A DNA stretch of 64,000 bases from Rebecca billardiae RCC1528 (taxonomy: Eukaryota > Protista > Haptophyta). The stretch is from the NCBI GenBank assembly GCA_965240325.2, contig OZ251235.1:1736001-1800000 (forward strand), read 5' to 3'. Below the pieces are notes generated by a model that worked only from the letters and a program-made list of their open reading frames with translations, ran no database searches and was not told the origin of the DNA. Shown here piece by piece: positions 1 through 11,865 of the stretch (position 1 is the first letter of the stretch; each line of letters begins with the position of its first letter). The position numbers and the translations under genes were made by a program.

Positions 1-2384
1 TCAGCGTCCTCGGCAGCGGGCGCGCCGGCGGGCGCGTCGGCGTCGGCGTCGGCGGCGGGCGCGTCGGCGTCGGCTCCGGCGGGCGCGCCGTCCGCGTCCG
101 CGCCGGGCGCCGCCGCGGGCGCGCCCGCCGCCGCGGGCGCGCCCGCCGCGGGCGCGCCACCGTGTGCGCCCTCCTCGCCGTCGCCGCCTTCGGAGGTCGG
201 GCGCGGCTCGGCGGCGCTTGCCTCGAGGCTGGCCGCCTGCCGCGCGGCGCGCAGCTGCCGCGCGTGCCTGCGCTTGAGGAAGTACCCCTGCGAGGTGATG
301 CTCGTCCGGGAGGGCAGCTCGCCATCGCGCACGGCGATGCCTTCGACGACGAACATCGTCCATTGCCGCAGCCGATCCCGGAGCACGCGTCGGAATCCCT
401 TGCGCGTCGCCCACCGATCCATGCGACACCACTCCGTGTGTGCGCGCATCAGCGCGAGCAGCAGCGGCGCGAGCCGGCGGCGGCGGAGCAGGTTCGCCGC
501 GCGCTCGTGCTCGCCGCGGAGCAGCTGCGCCTCCACCATCGCCACCGCCCACGACGGCAGCTCGGCCGGCGGCGGCACGCCCGCGGGGCGCGGCAGCTGC
601 GCCCGCGGGCCGAGTGCCAGGTCTTGCACGGCGCGCTCGCGGCCGGAGGCGCGCGCCAAGGCGTACAGGCGGAGGGCGTCGAAGGGCCACGCGATGCGCG
701 TGTTGCGCATGCGCACGGCGCGCGGCGTGTCCCACGCCCTGCGCAGCCACGCGCGCTGCGCCGCGTACCACTGCCAGCCGTGCAGCAGCTGCCGAGCAAT
801 CATGTCCTGCCGACCACGCACCAGCACGCGAGCGAGCCGCTGCGCGTATGCGGAGCCGACGACGGCGGTGCGCCAGCCGCGCACGATGCGGATGAGGAGC
901 AGCGCGTGCCAGATCGAGCGGAGGTACCGCGCCTTGTCCCGCCGGAACCGCCGCCCGCGCGTGTACCGCCGCCACACGTGGTACGGCCAGAAAACAATTC
1001 GATAATATTCCATCCGCGCGTGGTAGCCGGGTCCCTCGTGTCTCTCGTCGACCGCGTTGGCAATCACCTCGGGGCGCGCGCGGCGGCGGAACATGGCGAG
1101 CTCGCGCTCGCGCGCGGCGGCGCGCGCCTCGGCCTCGGCGGCGGCGGCGCGCTCGGCCTCGAGCGCCGCCGCGCGCTCCGCCGCCGCCGCGCGCTCCGCC
1201 TCCGCGGCCGCGGCCGCGGCCGACGCTTCGGCGTCGTCGCCCTCCTCTGTCGCTGCGGCCGGTGGGCCAGAGGCTCTGGGCGGCGTGCCGGGCGCGTGCG
1301 GCGGCGGCCACGCGGGCGCGGCGTGCGCGTCGGACGCGCCGCTGGCTCTGCGCGCGTCCGCGTCGGCGAGCGCGTCGGGCGGCGCGTGCGCGTGCTCGCC
1401 GCCCGCCGCCCACAGCCGGGAGGCCCCAGAGCCGCCGCCGCGCTCGGCACGCGCGGCCAGGCCCGGCGCGGCGCGCATGCCGCTCACCAGACCTGGCGCC
1501 GCGCCGGCGCTCGCGCCGCGCTCGGCGTGCTGCGCGTGCGGCGGGAAGGCAGGCAGCCGCGCGGGCGGCGCGCCGCTCCCGCCCGCCGCCGCCCCGTCCG
1601 CCCCGCCCGCGCCGTCGGCGAACTGCAGACGCGTCGGCGCTGCGCGGCCGCGCGCGCGCGCGCTGCCGTCGGCCGCGCTCGCAGCGGAGAGCTGAATCGT
1701 CACGTGCGGCCGCACGGGCACGGTGGAGGGGCGCGCGCGCGGCGGCGGCTCGTGCGGCGGCATGCCGAGCGCGGGCGACGCGGCGATCTGCCGCTCGCAC
1801 GTGCGCGCGAGCTCGGGCCACGCCGCGCGCTCGGCGTTGCCGAGCTGGGCGGGCGGCGGCGACGGCGCGCGCGACGGCTGCAGCGAGCCGAGCCGCAGGC
1901 GCGCCGCGTCCTGGGTCACCGGGCGCGGCGGCAGCGGGAGGACGTCGAGCGTGCCCGCGCGCCTGTACTGCGCGATCGGCGTGTTGCGCCCGTCCGCGAC
2001 GCGCGCCGCGCTGCCCGCCGCCCACGCCGTGCGCGAGAAGCGCACGATGCCCTCGAGCGACTTGACGCTCGCCTGCACGTCTGCGCTGCGTGCGGCCGGC
2101 GCGTCGCGCAGCAGCGAGGTGCGCGGCAGGCCGTGCGGCGGGGCGCGTGGCGCGCGCGTGCCCAGCTGCCCGCTCGGCCCGGCCGAGCCCCACGCGCTCC
2201 GCCCGCCGCCGCCGCCGCGCGCGCCGCCGCCGCGCCTGCCACGAGTCAGATACTGCAGTGCCATCTCATGCTCGAGGACCTCGCGCGCGGTGGGGCCGCG
2301 GTAGATGAAGCTGCCCGTCGCGTCGGCGAAGGCGGTGGGCGACTCGTCCGCGCGCGTCCGGACGAGCGCGCCGCGCGGCTCCAT
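1..2384 (-). CDS. Long protein with Sfi1-like (putative centrin-binding) Trp repeats; 3' end runs off the window
   Basis: My translation of a frame absent from the ORF track: ATG at 2384 (MEPRGALVRTRADESPTAF...), in-frame stop upstream at 2421-2423, no stop seen to the window edge. It contains a coiled-coil AEAERAAA tract and repeated LxxW motifs (VWRRYTR, VRGWRTAV, LLHGWQWYAAQR, LRQWTMFV). The family call is tentative. Confidence 0.7.
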   Translation of the reverse strand, partial: MEPRGALVRTRADESPTAFADATGSFIYRGPTAREVLEHEMALQYLTRGRRGGGARGGGGGRSAWGSAGPSGQLGTRAPRAPPHGLPRTSLLRDAPAARSADVQASVKSLEGIVRFSRTAWAAGSAARVADGRNTPIAQYRRAGTLDVLPLPPRPVTQDAARLRLGSLQPSRAPSPPPAQLGNAERAAWPELARTCERQIAASPALGMPPHEPPPRARPSTVPVRPHVTIQLSAASAADGSARARGRAAPTRLQFADGAGGADGAAAGGSGAPPARLPAFPPHAQHAERGASAGAAPGLVSGMRAAPGLAARAERGGGSGASRLWAAGGEHAHAPPDALADADARRASGASDAHAAPAWPPPHAPGTPPRASGPPAAATEEGDDAEASAAAAAAEAERAAAAERAAALEAERAAAAEAEARAAARERELAMFRRRARPEVIANAVDERHEGPGYHARMEYYRIVFWPYHVWRRYTRGRRFRRDKARYLRSIWHALLLIRIVRGWRTAVVGSAYAQRLARVLVRGRQDMIARQLLHGWQWYAAQRAWLRRAWDTPRAVRMRNTRIAWPFDALRLYALARASGRERAVQDLALGPRAQLPRPAGVPPPAELPSWAVAMVEAQLLRGEHERAANLLRRRRLAPLLLALMRAHTEWCRMDRWATRKGFRRVLRDRLRQWTMFVVEGIAVRDGELPSRTSITSQGYFLKRRHARQLRAARQAASLEASAAEPRPTSEGGDGEEGAHGGAPAAGAPAAAGAPAAAPGADADGAPAGADADAPAADADADAPAGAPAAEDA

Positions 2385-2478
2385 CGCCTCCGGCCCTCTC
2401 TGGCCTGAGTGCGAGAGACGTTACGAGCACGACGCCATCGTGCTTGAACGCAGCCCAAGTGCCCCGCAACTCCATCTA

Positions 2479-4402
2479 CAGGTCGCTGCTTCGTTTTTCG
2501 GACTGCTTCGTCTTTCAGACCCGGCGATGGCGACGCACCTCGCGCAGCGGCTGCTGTGTGGCGGGCGCCGCGCGGCAGGGCTAGGCGGCCTGTCGGCGCG
2601 TCTGGTGACCTCAACGCAGCTCTGGTGGCTGCGGGGCTGGAGCCCATCGCCTTCCCGATCGTGCTGTTGCTCGACAACCACTCGTCGCGGTACACGGAGG
2701 ACGTGCTCGCAGCCCTCGGCACTGCTGAGTCCGAGTTCGGCATCCGCATCTTCACCGAGGAGCCGAACACGTCGCACTTCCTACAGGTAGGCGCCCGTGC
2801 GCGCGGACGGCTGCAGCGCCTCTCCGGCGCGCGCGCGTGCCCCGGGTGTACCTGGCGTGCAATCGGCCCGGCGCGCGCGCGCGACGCGCGCACAATCACC
2901 TCTCCGCCCTCGCGCGGCCGCACGCACCGTGAAGGCTCTCGATCAGTACAACCACAAGTTCCACTCGCAATACCAGAAGGGCCTGGCGTCTTTCAAGCAC
3001 GCGTACACGGCGAGCTACGGCAAGGAGCCCACGATCGGCCTCCGCGAGTTCCTCCAGATCCTCGGCGGCTGTGAGGAGCTGTCCACGCCGGGTGCGTGGT
3101 TCTCGTGGTGTGACACCTTTGACATCATCAACGCGTGGCGCAAGGTGGGCATCACGGGCAACGTGTTGGACCCGGACCAGATCAACAGGAAGGACTTCGT
3201 GGATCGTCTCGATGCCGCACAGGCGAAGGCGGAGCGCAGGCGGCAAGAGGAGGAGGCCGATGCCGCGTCGCTCGCGGCGGCGGCGCCGGCAGCGGCGCCA
3301 AGCACTCCGGAGCGCGGGGCTGCGCGCTCGGCCGACGACGGCGAGCCCTCTGGCGCGCACGCATCACCTACGTTTAGTGCGTTCACAGCCACGCCTGCGG
3401 GGATGCGCTCGAACACTGCTCCAGCCCTCCGCGCCAAGCTCGAGCTCGCCAAGGAGTACTCCGGCCGCCAGGCCGCCAAGCTCGTGCGCGAGCGTGATGA
3501 GCACGACGCCGAGCTCGCCGCGGTGCGCAAGGCGGTGAGGTTCGACCCGGGTGAGCTCGCAGACCAGCTCGGTGTCCTTCCAGTGCCCGCCGTGGAGCTC
3601 GCCGCGCCGAAGCCGGACAACACGCGGCTCGACAGCCAAAACGGCTCGTGGTCGTTGCGTGAGATCAACACGCAGAAGGCCGCGCAGACCGCGCAGAAGG
3701 AGGCCGAGGCGGCGCGCAAGGCGGCGGCCGCATCCGAGCGTGCGCGGAAGAAGGCGGAGGCGGAGGCAGCTGCTGCTGAGCTCGAGGCGAGCTTCGACCG
3801 CTGTCACCAGACCTGCTCGTGCGGCGTGTCGCCCTGCCCGATGGCGAAGGCGAGACGCTGCCCGACGTGCCAGAAGATCGATCTCCGAGGGTGGCTGTGC
3901 AAGAAGGCCGAGTGCTCGGAAGCTCGCAAGCAATCGGCGCCGGCGCCGGCCGCGCCGGGCACCGCCGCGTCAGTATGAGCTGTCGTCGTCGACCGTGCTG
4001 GCCGCGCAGCCGCAGCGCCGGCTGGCGGTGGCGCGGAAGCCTAGTGAATCCCTGAGGTGGTCTGCTGCATGTATGTGGTATCTAGAGTGCATGATGCCGT
4101 TAGCCCGACTCACACGGCTCACCAGACAGCGGCTCTGACTCGGCGCGCGCGCTGAGAGCCCGCGGGTCTGAAAGTTGAAGCATGCCGTCGGCGGCCCCGT
4201 CGTGGACCTCGTGGCGTCCGTGGGGCACATGGTAGTGGAACAAAGTCGTCTAAATGGTACATACCCGCTGGGTTGTACCTCAGGCACACCCTGGGGGTGC
4301 CGCCAGACGCGATCTCGAGCGCCGCAGACCCCCGGGGGCGCCGCCGCCATCGTGCACAAAAAGTGAACAGCAATCGGGTCCGAAAGTTGAAGCAGCGACC
4401 TG
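2479..4402 (+). mobile_element. Internally deleted pogo/Fot1-like (Tc1/mariner superfamily) DNA transposon
   Basis: 25-bp TIRs, CAGGTCGCTGCTTCGTTTTTCGGAC (2479-2503) vs the reverse complement of 4378-4402 (22/25 identical). TA on both sides (2477-2478, 4403-4404). Subterminal second copy of the motif at 2503-2523 and 4163-4182. A DDE remnant lies inside. Confidence 0.92.
2604..3978 (+). pseudogene. 5'-truncated DDE_1 (pogo-type) transposase with C-terminal Cys-rich domain
   Basis: VLLLDNHSSR...EPNTSHFLQ|ALDQ is restored by a GT-AG intron at 2787-2934, matching the pogo consensus LLLDNHSSH...PNTSHxLQPLD. C-terminal CxxxCxC...CPTC...CKKAEC. The N-terminal DNA-binding part and first catalytic Asp are missing. 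Confidence 0.85.
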
Positions 4403-4560
4403 TACAGCGTGCGTCCCCGGACACCTGCTTCTGCAGCCCCGGACTACCAAGGGTCGACGGTTGGTCAGGCACCCCCGCGTACTTCGCCAAAGGACTGGCC
4501 GTGCCGCGGCCGCTGAGCAAGCCGAGCGCGCGCAGAGCGGACCCCGGAAGGCCGGCCGCC

Positions 4561-5890
4561 ATGGGTATCCACGGCCTGAGCAAGCTCATCGGTGCGCGCG
4601 TGCCGACTCGCCCACATCTCGTGGCCCGCGCGTGCCGCCCCGCCTCAGCGCGCGCACGCGCGCGCGCGAGACCGCTCGCGCGGTCACCACGCGGCGCGAG
4701 TGGCGCGCGCACGACCGCGCCGGGCAGCCGACCACGCGCCGGGCGCGACGAAGGAGGGCAAGTTTGAGAACTACTTTGGGCGTAAGATCGCCATCGACGC
4801 GTCGACCAGCATCTACCAGTTCCTCGTCGCCGTGCGCCAGGGCGACCAGCAGCTGACGAACGAGGACGGCGTGGTGACGTCGCACCTCACCGGGATGTTC
4901 TACCGGACCGTGCGCATGCTTGACGCGGGGATCAAGCCCGTGTACGTCTTCGACGGCAAGCCGCCGACGATGAAGGGCGGCGAGCTCGCCAAGCGGCAGG
5001 CGCGCGCGGCGGAGGCGCACGCCGAGCTCGAGAAGGCGAGGGAGGCGGGCGACCAGGACGCGATCGAGCGGCTGTCCAAGCGCACCGTGCGCGCGACGCG
5101 CGAGCAGTCCGCCGAGTGCAAGCGGCTGCTGCAGCTGATGGGCGTGCCGGTCGTCGACGCGCCGTGCGAGGCGGAGTCCACCTGCGCCGCGCTCTGCGCT
5201 GCGGAGAAGGTCTGGGCCGTCGGCACGGAGGACATGGACGCGCTCACGTTCGGCACGACCGTACTCGTGCGCCACCTGACCTACTCGGAGGCCAAGAAGG
5301 TGCCGCCGGCGGAGTACCGGCTGGCGGACGTGCTCGCGGGGCTCGGGCTCACGATGGAGCAGTTCATCGACGTGTGCATCCTCTGCGGCTGCGACTACAC
5401 CGACAAGGTCCGCGGCGTCGGCCCCGAGACCGCGCTCAAGAAGATCCGCGAGTACGGCTCGCTCGACAAGCTGCTCAGCTCGTCAGACAAGACGGTGGCG
5501 GACGACAAGGTGCCCACCGCGCTGAAGGAGGGGTACGAGGAGGTGCGCCGGCTGTTCAAGGAGCCCGAGGTGATCGACGTCGCCGCCGTCGAGCTCAAGT
5601 GGACGGAGCCCGACGTGGAGGGCATCGTTGGCTTCATGTGCGGCGAGATGGGCTTCAACGAGCAGCGCATCCGCTCGGCGTGCGAGAAGCTGCAGAAGGC
5701 GAAGAGCAAGGGCAACCAGGGGCGCATCGAGTCCTTCTTCGCGCTCAAGCCGAACCCGAACCCGCCCGCGAAGGCCGCGCAGAAGCGCAAGGACGCCCCG
5801 GCAAAGGACGCCAAGGGCGGCGCCAAGGGCGGCGCCAAGGGCGGCGCGGGAGCGGCGGGCAAAAAGGCCAAGTCCTGGAAGGGCAAGTAG
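4561..5890 (+). CDS. FEN1: Flap endonuclease 1
   Basis: MGIHGLSKLIA-DHAPG (intron 4592-4727), KIAIDAS, TSHLTGMFYRT, PVYVFDG, EAESTCA, TEDMDALTFG, GCDY and PIP box QGRIESFF. Confidence 0.98.
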
Positions 5891-6189
5891 CTGCGCCCCG
5901 CCGCACGCCCGGCCAGGCGCGGGGCTGCGCAGCCGCGCAGCCGCGCAGGGTCCGTGGCCGTGCCCCGTTGATGCCCGTTGGCATATATATCATCGGACGT
6001 CTCCTGGGACGCCGACGATGATTCAGCCGCGCCCACTGCGATCGGCCCGAGCCCGCGACGGACTCGGCGGACGGGCCGTCGGGGCCGTGGCTCCGTACTC
6101 CGTAGCACTACTGTTAGCAGTCTGAGTCTATGAGTATGACTATCAGTACTAGCTAGCAGTAGTATAGTGAATATAGTAGCAGATAGATC

Positions 6190-6254
6190 AGTATATATAT
6201 ACACACACACTGACAGTCACACACACACACACACACATGTATATATATATATAC
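6190..6254. repeat. (TA)n/(CA)n microsatellite cluster
   Basis: Runs of TA and CA dinucleotides are directly visible. Confidence 0.9.
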
Positions 6255-6591
6255 GCGTTACGCGGGATGACCGACGTATATAAGACTCACGAATAATACG
6301 ACTATTGAAGCCAGCATCACTACTGACTGCTCGGCGCCCCAGTGGTCATATGGTGGGCGGCCTGGCGGCCCGGCCGGTGGCCCTCCCGACAGGCAGGCCC
6401 GACGGCGACGCCCCGACCACCCAGCCGACACGCCGACGGCGACGGCTGGTGTGATGAGGTGTCCGAGGCGGCCGAGGCCGGCTGGAGTAGAACGCGTGCC
6501 AAATGCAGCATCCGCGACCGCAAGATTCCTCGAACGCACCACACCTCTTCGGAGTGAGTACGCGCGTGCACACGTACATGCGTCATGCGAC

Positions 6592-7554
6592 TCAGATCTT
6601 GAAGCCTGAGTGCACAGCGGCGACACCAGCCGTCAGGTTGGTGTACGTGACGGCTCCGAGCCCGGCGGTCTGCACCATCGACGCGAAGCGCTCCTGGTCG
6701 GGGAACCGGCGGATCGACTCGACGAGGTACTGGTACGACTGCCTGTCGTTCGCGACCACCCCGCCGAGCGCCGGGATCACTTTGAACGAGTAGGCGTCAT
6801 ATGCGGCCTGCAGCACGGGGTTGGTCACGCGGCTGAACTCCAGGCACACGAAGCGCCCGCCGGGGCGGAGCACGCGGCGCGCCTCGACGAGTGCGCGGGG
6901 CACGTTGGTCACGTTGCGGATGCCGAACGCGATCGAGTACAGGTCGAAGCTCTCGTCCTCGAACGGCAGCTCCTCTGCGTTGCCCTCGACCCAGCTGAGC
7001 GTCGGCGCGGCTGGATCGGCTGAGGGCCGCGCGGCCGCGCGCTGCTGCCCGACCTCGAGCATCTGCGGATTGATGTCGCACACGGTGATCTCGGGTCGAT
7101 CGTCCGGCACAGGCGAATAGCGGCACAGCTCCTTGGAGATGCGGAAGGCGATGTCGCCCGTGCCACCAGCCACGTCGAGGATTCGAAGCCCTCCGTCAGG
7201 TCGGCCGACGCATGCGGCGCGCATCGCTGGCAGCCCCATCGCGTGGACGAAGTGGTCCTTCCACGCGCGGTGGATACCCGCGGACATCAAGTCATTCATT
7301 AGGTCGTACGACGACGCCACGCGGCTGAACACCTCGCCAACCATCTTCTCCTTGTCGTCGGCAGGGACCTCGCGATAGCCAAAGTGTGTGGTTGCGCCCG
7401 CGCGCTCGCTGCCGCGACCTTCGGGCGGCGACGCGCCGCCATCACCCGGCGGGGAAGTTGCCCGTGAGTCGGACTGCGACGATGACAAGCGCACGGTGGC
7501 CCGCGTGGCGTGTTGCCGCGCATGACGTCCGCACGACGACGCGGCGCGCATCAT
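6592..7554 (-). CDS. COQ5: COQ5/UbiE-family C-methyltransferase, mitochondrial
   Basis: [67 protein letters not shown]; Arg/Ser-rich presequence. Confidence 0.97.
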   Translation of the reverse strand: MMRAASSCGRHARQHATRATVRLSSSQSDSRATSPPGDGGASPPEGRGSERAGATTHFGYREVPADDKEKMVGEVFSRVASSYDLMNDLMSAGIHRAWKDHFVHAMGLPAMRAACVGRPDGGLRILDVAGGTGDIAFRISKELCRYSPVPDDRPEITVCDINPQMLEVGQQRAAARPSADPAAPTLSWVEGNAEELPFEDESFDLYSIAFGIRNVTNVPRALVEARRVLRPGGRFVCLEFSRVTNPVLQAAYDAYSFKVIPALGGVVANDRQSYQYLVESIRRFPDQERFASMVQTAGLGAVTYTNLTAGVAAVHSGFKI

Positions 7555-7697
7555 GATGACGCGTCGACGAGGAGAGATTCTTCTCGTCCGAACTCCGATT
7601 TCCCCGACGAACGAAGGAAGACAATTCTTTTTCGCGCGGGGTGACGACGCACAGCCCCGGGCCGCGCCGCGCGGCGGACGTCACGGCTGCCGGCGCG

Positions 7698-9008
7698 ATG
7701 GCCGACGATGACCTCGATCTCGGGCTCGAGGATGGCCCCGACATCGACGTGAGCGCACTCATCGCATCTACGCAGGGCATGCTCGACTCGCACAAGGCCG
7801 CCGCCTCTGCCTCTACGGGTGAGATCGACGTCGCTGCACTGCTGCGTGAAACGTCCGCCGCGGACGTGGGCGCGGACGCCGAGCTGACCGCGGACGATTT
7901 GGAGGACGACGAGCTGCTATCGGACCTCAAGGATATCGGGTGGGTCGAGGATGAGGGCGGGGACGTGCCTCGTGCCCATCAGCGCTCGCGGGCGCACGCG
8001 CACGCGCCGCGTGACACGCCGCCCCCACCGTCTCCCGTGACTGTCGCGACCGTCGACGAGCGGATCGCCGAGTGTCTGCGCGAGGCGCTCGAGTGCAAGC
8101 AGCGCGGCGACCGCGACGGCGCACTCGGCTGGCTCGCGAGCAAAAAGGCGCTCATGGCCGTCCGCGACGAGGCGGCCGCTGGCACGCTCACGGCCGGCAG
8201 GCTCCCTGCTCGGCCGGGCAGAGCCGGTGCGGAGTCGGCCGCGGCGGGGGCGAGCAGGGCCGCGGCCCACGCGCAGCCGAGCGCGACGCGTGCGCCCGGC
8301 GGCGTGGCTGTATCGTTGCTTGCGCCGCCGCCGCCCCCGCCGCCCCAGCCCCCGCCGCAGCAGGCCGCGGGGGCCGTGCCCCAGCCCAGGCTGGCGCCGG
8401 CCGCGCCCCGGGCACCGCCTGCGCTCGGCGTGTGTCCCGCCGCCCTCGGCGGCGTTGAGCCCACGCTGCCCGCGCTCGGCGGCGGTGGCGGCGCGCCCCG
8501 CCGCCCCGCCTCCGCGCTGGCCGACCAGCACCCCGGTGGCATCCCACCGCCCGCCCGGCCGCTCGGCCCCGACGACCTCGAGATCGTGATCTGCCGCGCC
8601 GAACTGAGCGACGAGCGTCAGCTTCCGAGCGCCGCGCCGCATTCATTCGTTACTTGGCGGCTGCCGCTGCCCAACTCGAGCGTGCAGGAGGGCAAGACGG
8701 AGCTGGTGCGCTCGACGACCCGCCCCGCGTACAACAGCCCGTTCCTCACCACCATCGACCGGCGCAAGGGCTCGACGGCCAACGCGTTCGCGCACCGCCG
8801 GCTGAGCGTGGAGCTCCACGTGGTCGCGCACACTGGCCTGCGCCGCTTTGTGAGCGCCGGGCCTGCGCTGCTGGGCAAAGCGGACGTGAAGATCGCGCCG
8901 CTGCTGCACCAGCACGAGCTGGCCGTTCGCGTGCCGCTCAGGCCAGCGAGCGGCACCGACTCGCCCGGCGCCATCGTCGTGTGCGTGCGCCTCGCTTCGC
9001 CAATCATT

Positions 9009-9041
<33 letters not shown>

Positions 9042-9578
9042 ACCTCAGCACCCGACGGCCGGGCCGGCGCCGGCGCGCCCGCGCGCGGCGGGGGCACGCC
9101 GCCGCCTGGCGGCGCGGGCGGCGGCGCGGGTGCAGCGCGCGCCGCCACGCCGCCCGCGCCGCCCGCGGAGGGCGAGGAGGTCGACGACTTCTCGTACGCG
9201 GAGGCGATCGAGTCCTTCGACGTGCTGAGCTGGGAGCTTGAGGAGCTTGGCGCGCGCAAGGGCGTGTATGCGCGCATGGGCGCGGACGCGCTGCAGATGC
9301 GGCGCGACGCGCTCGAGTTCCGCAAGCAGCTGATCGAGATCAAGGTGTCGAGCGGGCAGCTCACGATGGACGCGTACCTGCAGGCGCTGTGCCGAGCGAT
9401 CGCCACCGAGCAGGCGGCCGCCGCCAAGCACAAGGCGAGCGGCACGATCCCGGGCAAGATGCGCGCGGTGCACTCGCTCAAGCGCGTCAAGGTGATGAAG
9501 GACGAGCTGCTCGGCGCCGAGAAGGCGATGGCGGAGGAGGGCGACGACGCCGACGAGGGCGCCGTGGAGGGGGCGTAG
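7698..9578 (+). CDS. CC2D1/Lgd-like protein (DM14-like helix, C2 domain, C-terminal helical domain)
   Basis: Acidic N-terminus (DDELLSDLKDIG), DM14-like ALECKQRGDRDGALGWL, C2 domain (GKTELVRSTTRPAYN...LLGKADVKIAPLL) and C-terminal SLKRVKVMKDEL. Confidence 0.75.
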
Positions 9579-9882
9579 CAGCGCCGCCAGAGAGCGTATA
9601 CGCTTCAACCGCTCCCAGGTTTAGTACTGCGTCTAGCTCCGGAGTCGTGGACGGACTCACGGAGTGATCCCGCGCGGGCGCCCCGCCCCCGGGCACTCAT
9701 CCAGTTCGGCAAGGTCGCGCCTTGCGCCGAAAACAAATCAGCGGGAGAATGAAAATGCAGGAGGCGACAATTTGCGCCGCGCAATTCGCTCAGTCGCCGA
9801 CGAATCAGGAGACCCGCGTCGTCCTACCTGTGTCGTTAAATCATAGAATGAGTGGACGAACCACGCTGCCACTGGGCGTGTA

Positions 9883-10935
9883 ATGACGACCGCGCGTGGC
9901 GGCGCTCTCGCGGCAGCAATCGCGCTCGCGTGGCTGGGCGGCGCTGCTGCGCGCGGCGCACCGCGCTGTGCGCACGCCCGCTCCGCTCTGGCACGACAGC
10001 CCGCCCGCACACGCCAGCCCGCGCGCATGAGCACCGCCGGCGACGGCCCGGTCGGCTTTGTTGGGCTGGGCATCATGGGGCAGGGCATGGTGGACAACCT
10101 GCTGTCGAGCGGGCACTCGCTGGTGGTGTGGAGCCGCGACGGCTCCAAGTGCGACCGCCTCGCCGCGGAGCACCCGACCTCCGTCGCCGTCGCCGCCTCG
10201 CCGCGCGAGGTCGTCGAGCGGTGCGCTCTCACGTGGGCGATGCTGAGTACGCCTGAGGCCTCGCAGGCCGTGTTTGAGGGCGCCGACGGGCTGCTGGCCG
10301 GTGTGGGCACGGGGAAGGCGATCGTGGACTGCGCAACGCTCACGCCCGAGCGCATGCGCGAGATGGCCCACGCCGTGCGCGCACGCGGCGGCCTCTTCGC
10401 AGAGGCGCCCGTCTCGGGCTCGAAGGCGCCTGCCGCGCAGGGGACACTCATCTTCCTCGCCTCAGGCGACGAGATGGCGATCTCGCTCGGGCAGAGCGGG
10501 TTCGACGCGATGGGCAAGGCGCTGCACGTGTACGGCGCGGAGGCGGGCATGGGCACGCGCATGAAGCTCGCCGTCAACATGGTGATGGCCGCGCAGCTCG
10601 CCGCGATCGGCGAGGGCGTCGCGCTGTGCGAGGCGGCGGGCCTCTCAGCCGCTCAGCTCGTAGATGTTCTGAGCGAGGGCGCGATGGACTCGCCGATGGT
10701 GCGGCTCAAGGGCAAGGCGATGGCGGAGCGGGCGTACCCGCCCGCCTTCCCGCTGTGCCACGCCCAGAAGGACGTGCGCTTCGCGCTCCTGCTCGCGGAC
10801 GAGCTCGGCGTCGGCCTGCCCGTCGCGGGCGCGGCCAACGAACTCTTCAAGCGCGCCAAGGGCGAGGGGCGCGCGGACGACGACTTCGCGGCCGTGTGCG
10901 AGACGAGCAGGGGCACACCCCGCGGGAGCGGGTGA
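9883..10935 (+). CDS. GLYR: Glyoxylate/succinic semialdehyde reductase (beta-HAD family), probably plastid-targeted
   Basis: VGFVGLGIMG, EAPVSGSK, catalytic MKLAVN and YPPAFPLxHxQKD typical of GLYR; signal peptide plus Arg-rich transit-like leader. Confidence 0.9.
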   Translation: MTTARGGALAAAIALAWLGGAAARGAPRCAHARSALARQPARTRQPARMSTAGDGPVGFVGLGIMGQGMVDNLLSSGHSLVVWSRDGSKCDRLAAEHPTSVAVAASPREVVERCALTWAMLSTPEASQAVFEGADGLLAGVGTGKAIVDCATLTPERMREMAHAVRARGGLFAEAPVSGSKAPAAQGTLIFLASGDEMAISLGQSGFDAMGKALHVYGAEAGMGTRMKLAVNMVMAAQLAAIGEGVALCEAAGLSAAQLVDVLSEGAMDSPMVRLKGKAMAERAYPPAFPLCHAQKDVRFALLLADELGVGLPVAGAANELFKRAKGEGRADDDFAAVCETSRGTPRGSG

Positions 10936-11388
10936 GCGGGCCCCGCGTGCACGCGCGGCGTCGCCTCGCGGACACGCCGCACTCGTGCACGCGACGGGCG
11001 CCGCCCGCCCGAGGGTTCCAGCATCATGCTGCGCCATGGCCCGCCGACTGCCGCGCGGGCCAGCTGGCCGTGAGCCTGGCGATCGAGTCGCGACAGCGGC
11101 CGCCTTCAGCCGGCCCGCTCTCAGTCTCAGACCCAGCCTCAGGCTCTATGCTTATCAGAGGAGTCTGTCCGACGACTCCACTGTGCATGTCTGTGAAGTT
11201 TCATGATGATGATGATAGTCATCAGTGTCTAATGTCTACGGTACATGTACTATCCGGTATATCCCGAATGATCCGCGCCGCAACTTGCACAGTGTCAGTG
11301 ACAGAACGTACACGGTAACTCCGATGTCTCATGATCCGACTGAACCTGTGTTCATTCCGGCTCGGCCGGATGGCCAGGACGAGCAGCA

Positions 11389-11865
11389 TCACCAATCTTG
11401 CTTGTACCCTGCCGCAAAGCCCGCTGCGAAGCCGGCGGCGCTGCTGAGGCCGTGGTCCGAGAGGAGGTGTACCAGCCGTTGGCTCGCAAAGGTGTAGTCG
11501 ACGCGATCAAGCCTGCCGTCCTTGTTAAGGTCGGCCAGCTTGAGGATGTCGCGCTCCATCTTGGCGTAGTTTACAGTGACGTAGCCCGCCTTCGAAAGGA
11601 TAGTTAAGGCAATGAAGGCACAGCCCACGCCCATGGAGACACCACTTGTCGCCGCGCGCGCAGCCTTCCCGGTGCACAGGCCCAGGACGCCAGAAACGGT
11701 CGCTGCACCTCCGTGCTCTGTGGCGTTGGCGGGCAGGACCATCGCCACTATCGGGCGCAGGATGCCTGGTCCACCCATCTCGGTAGCCGCATGACGGCTC
11801 AGCGACCGCGCCTCGGCTGCAGAAGCCAAAGTGACCGCTAGACTCCACGCGACGACGGCGCGCAT
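11389..11865 (-). CDS. FUN14-family membrane protein with EF-hand-like loop
   Basis: GVLGLCTGKAAR...GCAFIALTILSKAGYVTVNY, DLNKDGRLD loop and terminal AGFAAGFAAG. Confidence 0.8.
   Translation of the reverse strand: MRAVVAWSLAVTLASAAEARSLSRHAATEMGGPGILRPIVAMVLPANATEHGGAATVSGVLGLCTGKAARAATSGVSMGVGCAFIALTILSKAGYVTVNYAKMERDILKLADLNKDGRLDRVDYTFASQRLVHLLSDHGLSSAAGFAAGFAAGYKQDW

Noticed and set aside
1-2408. Long ORFs 1..2193(-) and 162..2408(+), and the many Arg/Ala-rich ORFs overlapping real genes
   Set aside because: Stop-poor shadow frames caused by extreme GC; no motifs.
2527-2605. MATHLAQRLLCGGRR.. resembling a mitochondrial presequence
   Set aside because: Lies inside the transposon, out of frame with the DDE remnant, next to the deletion junction.
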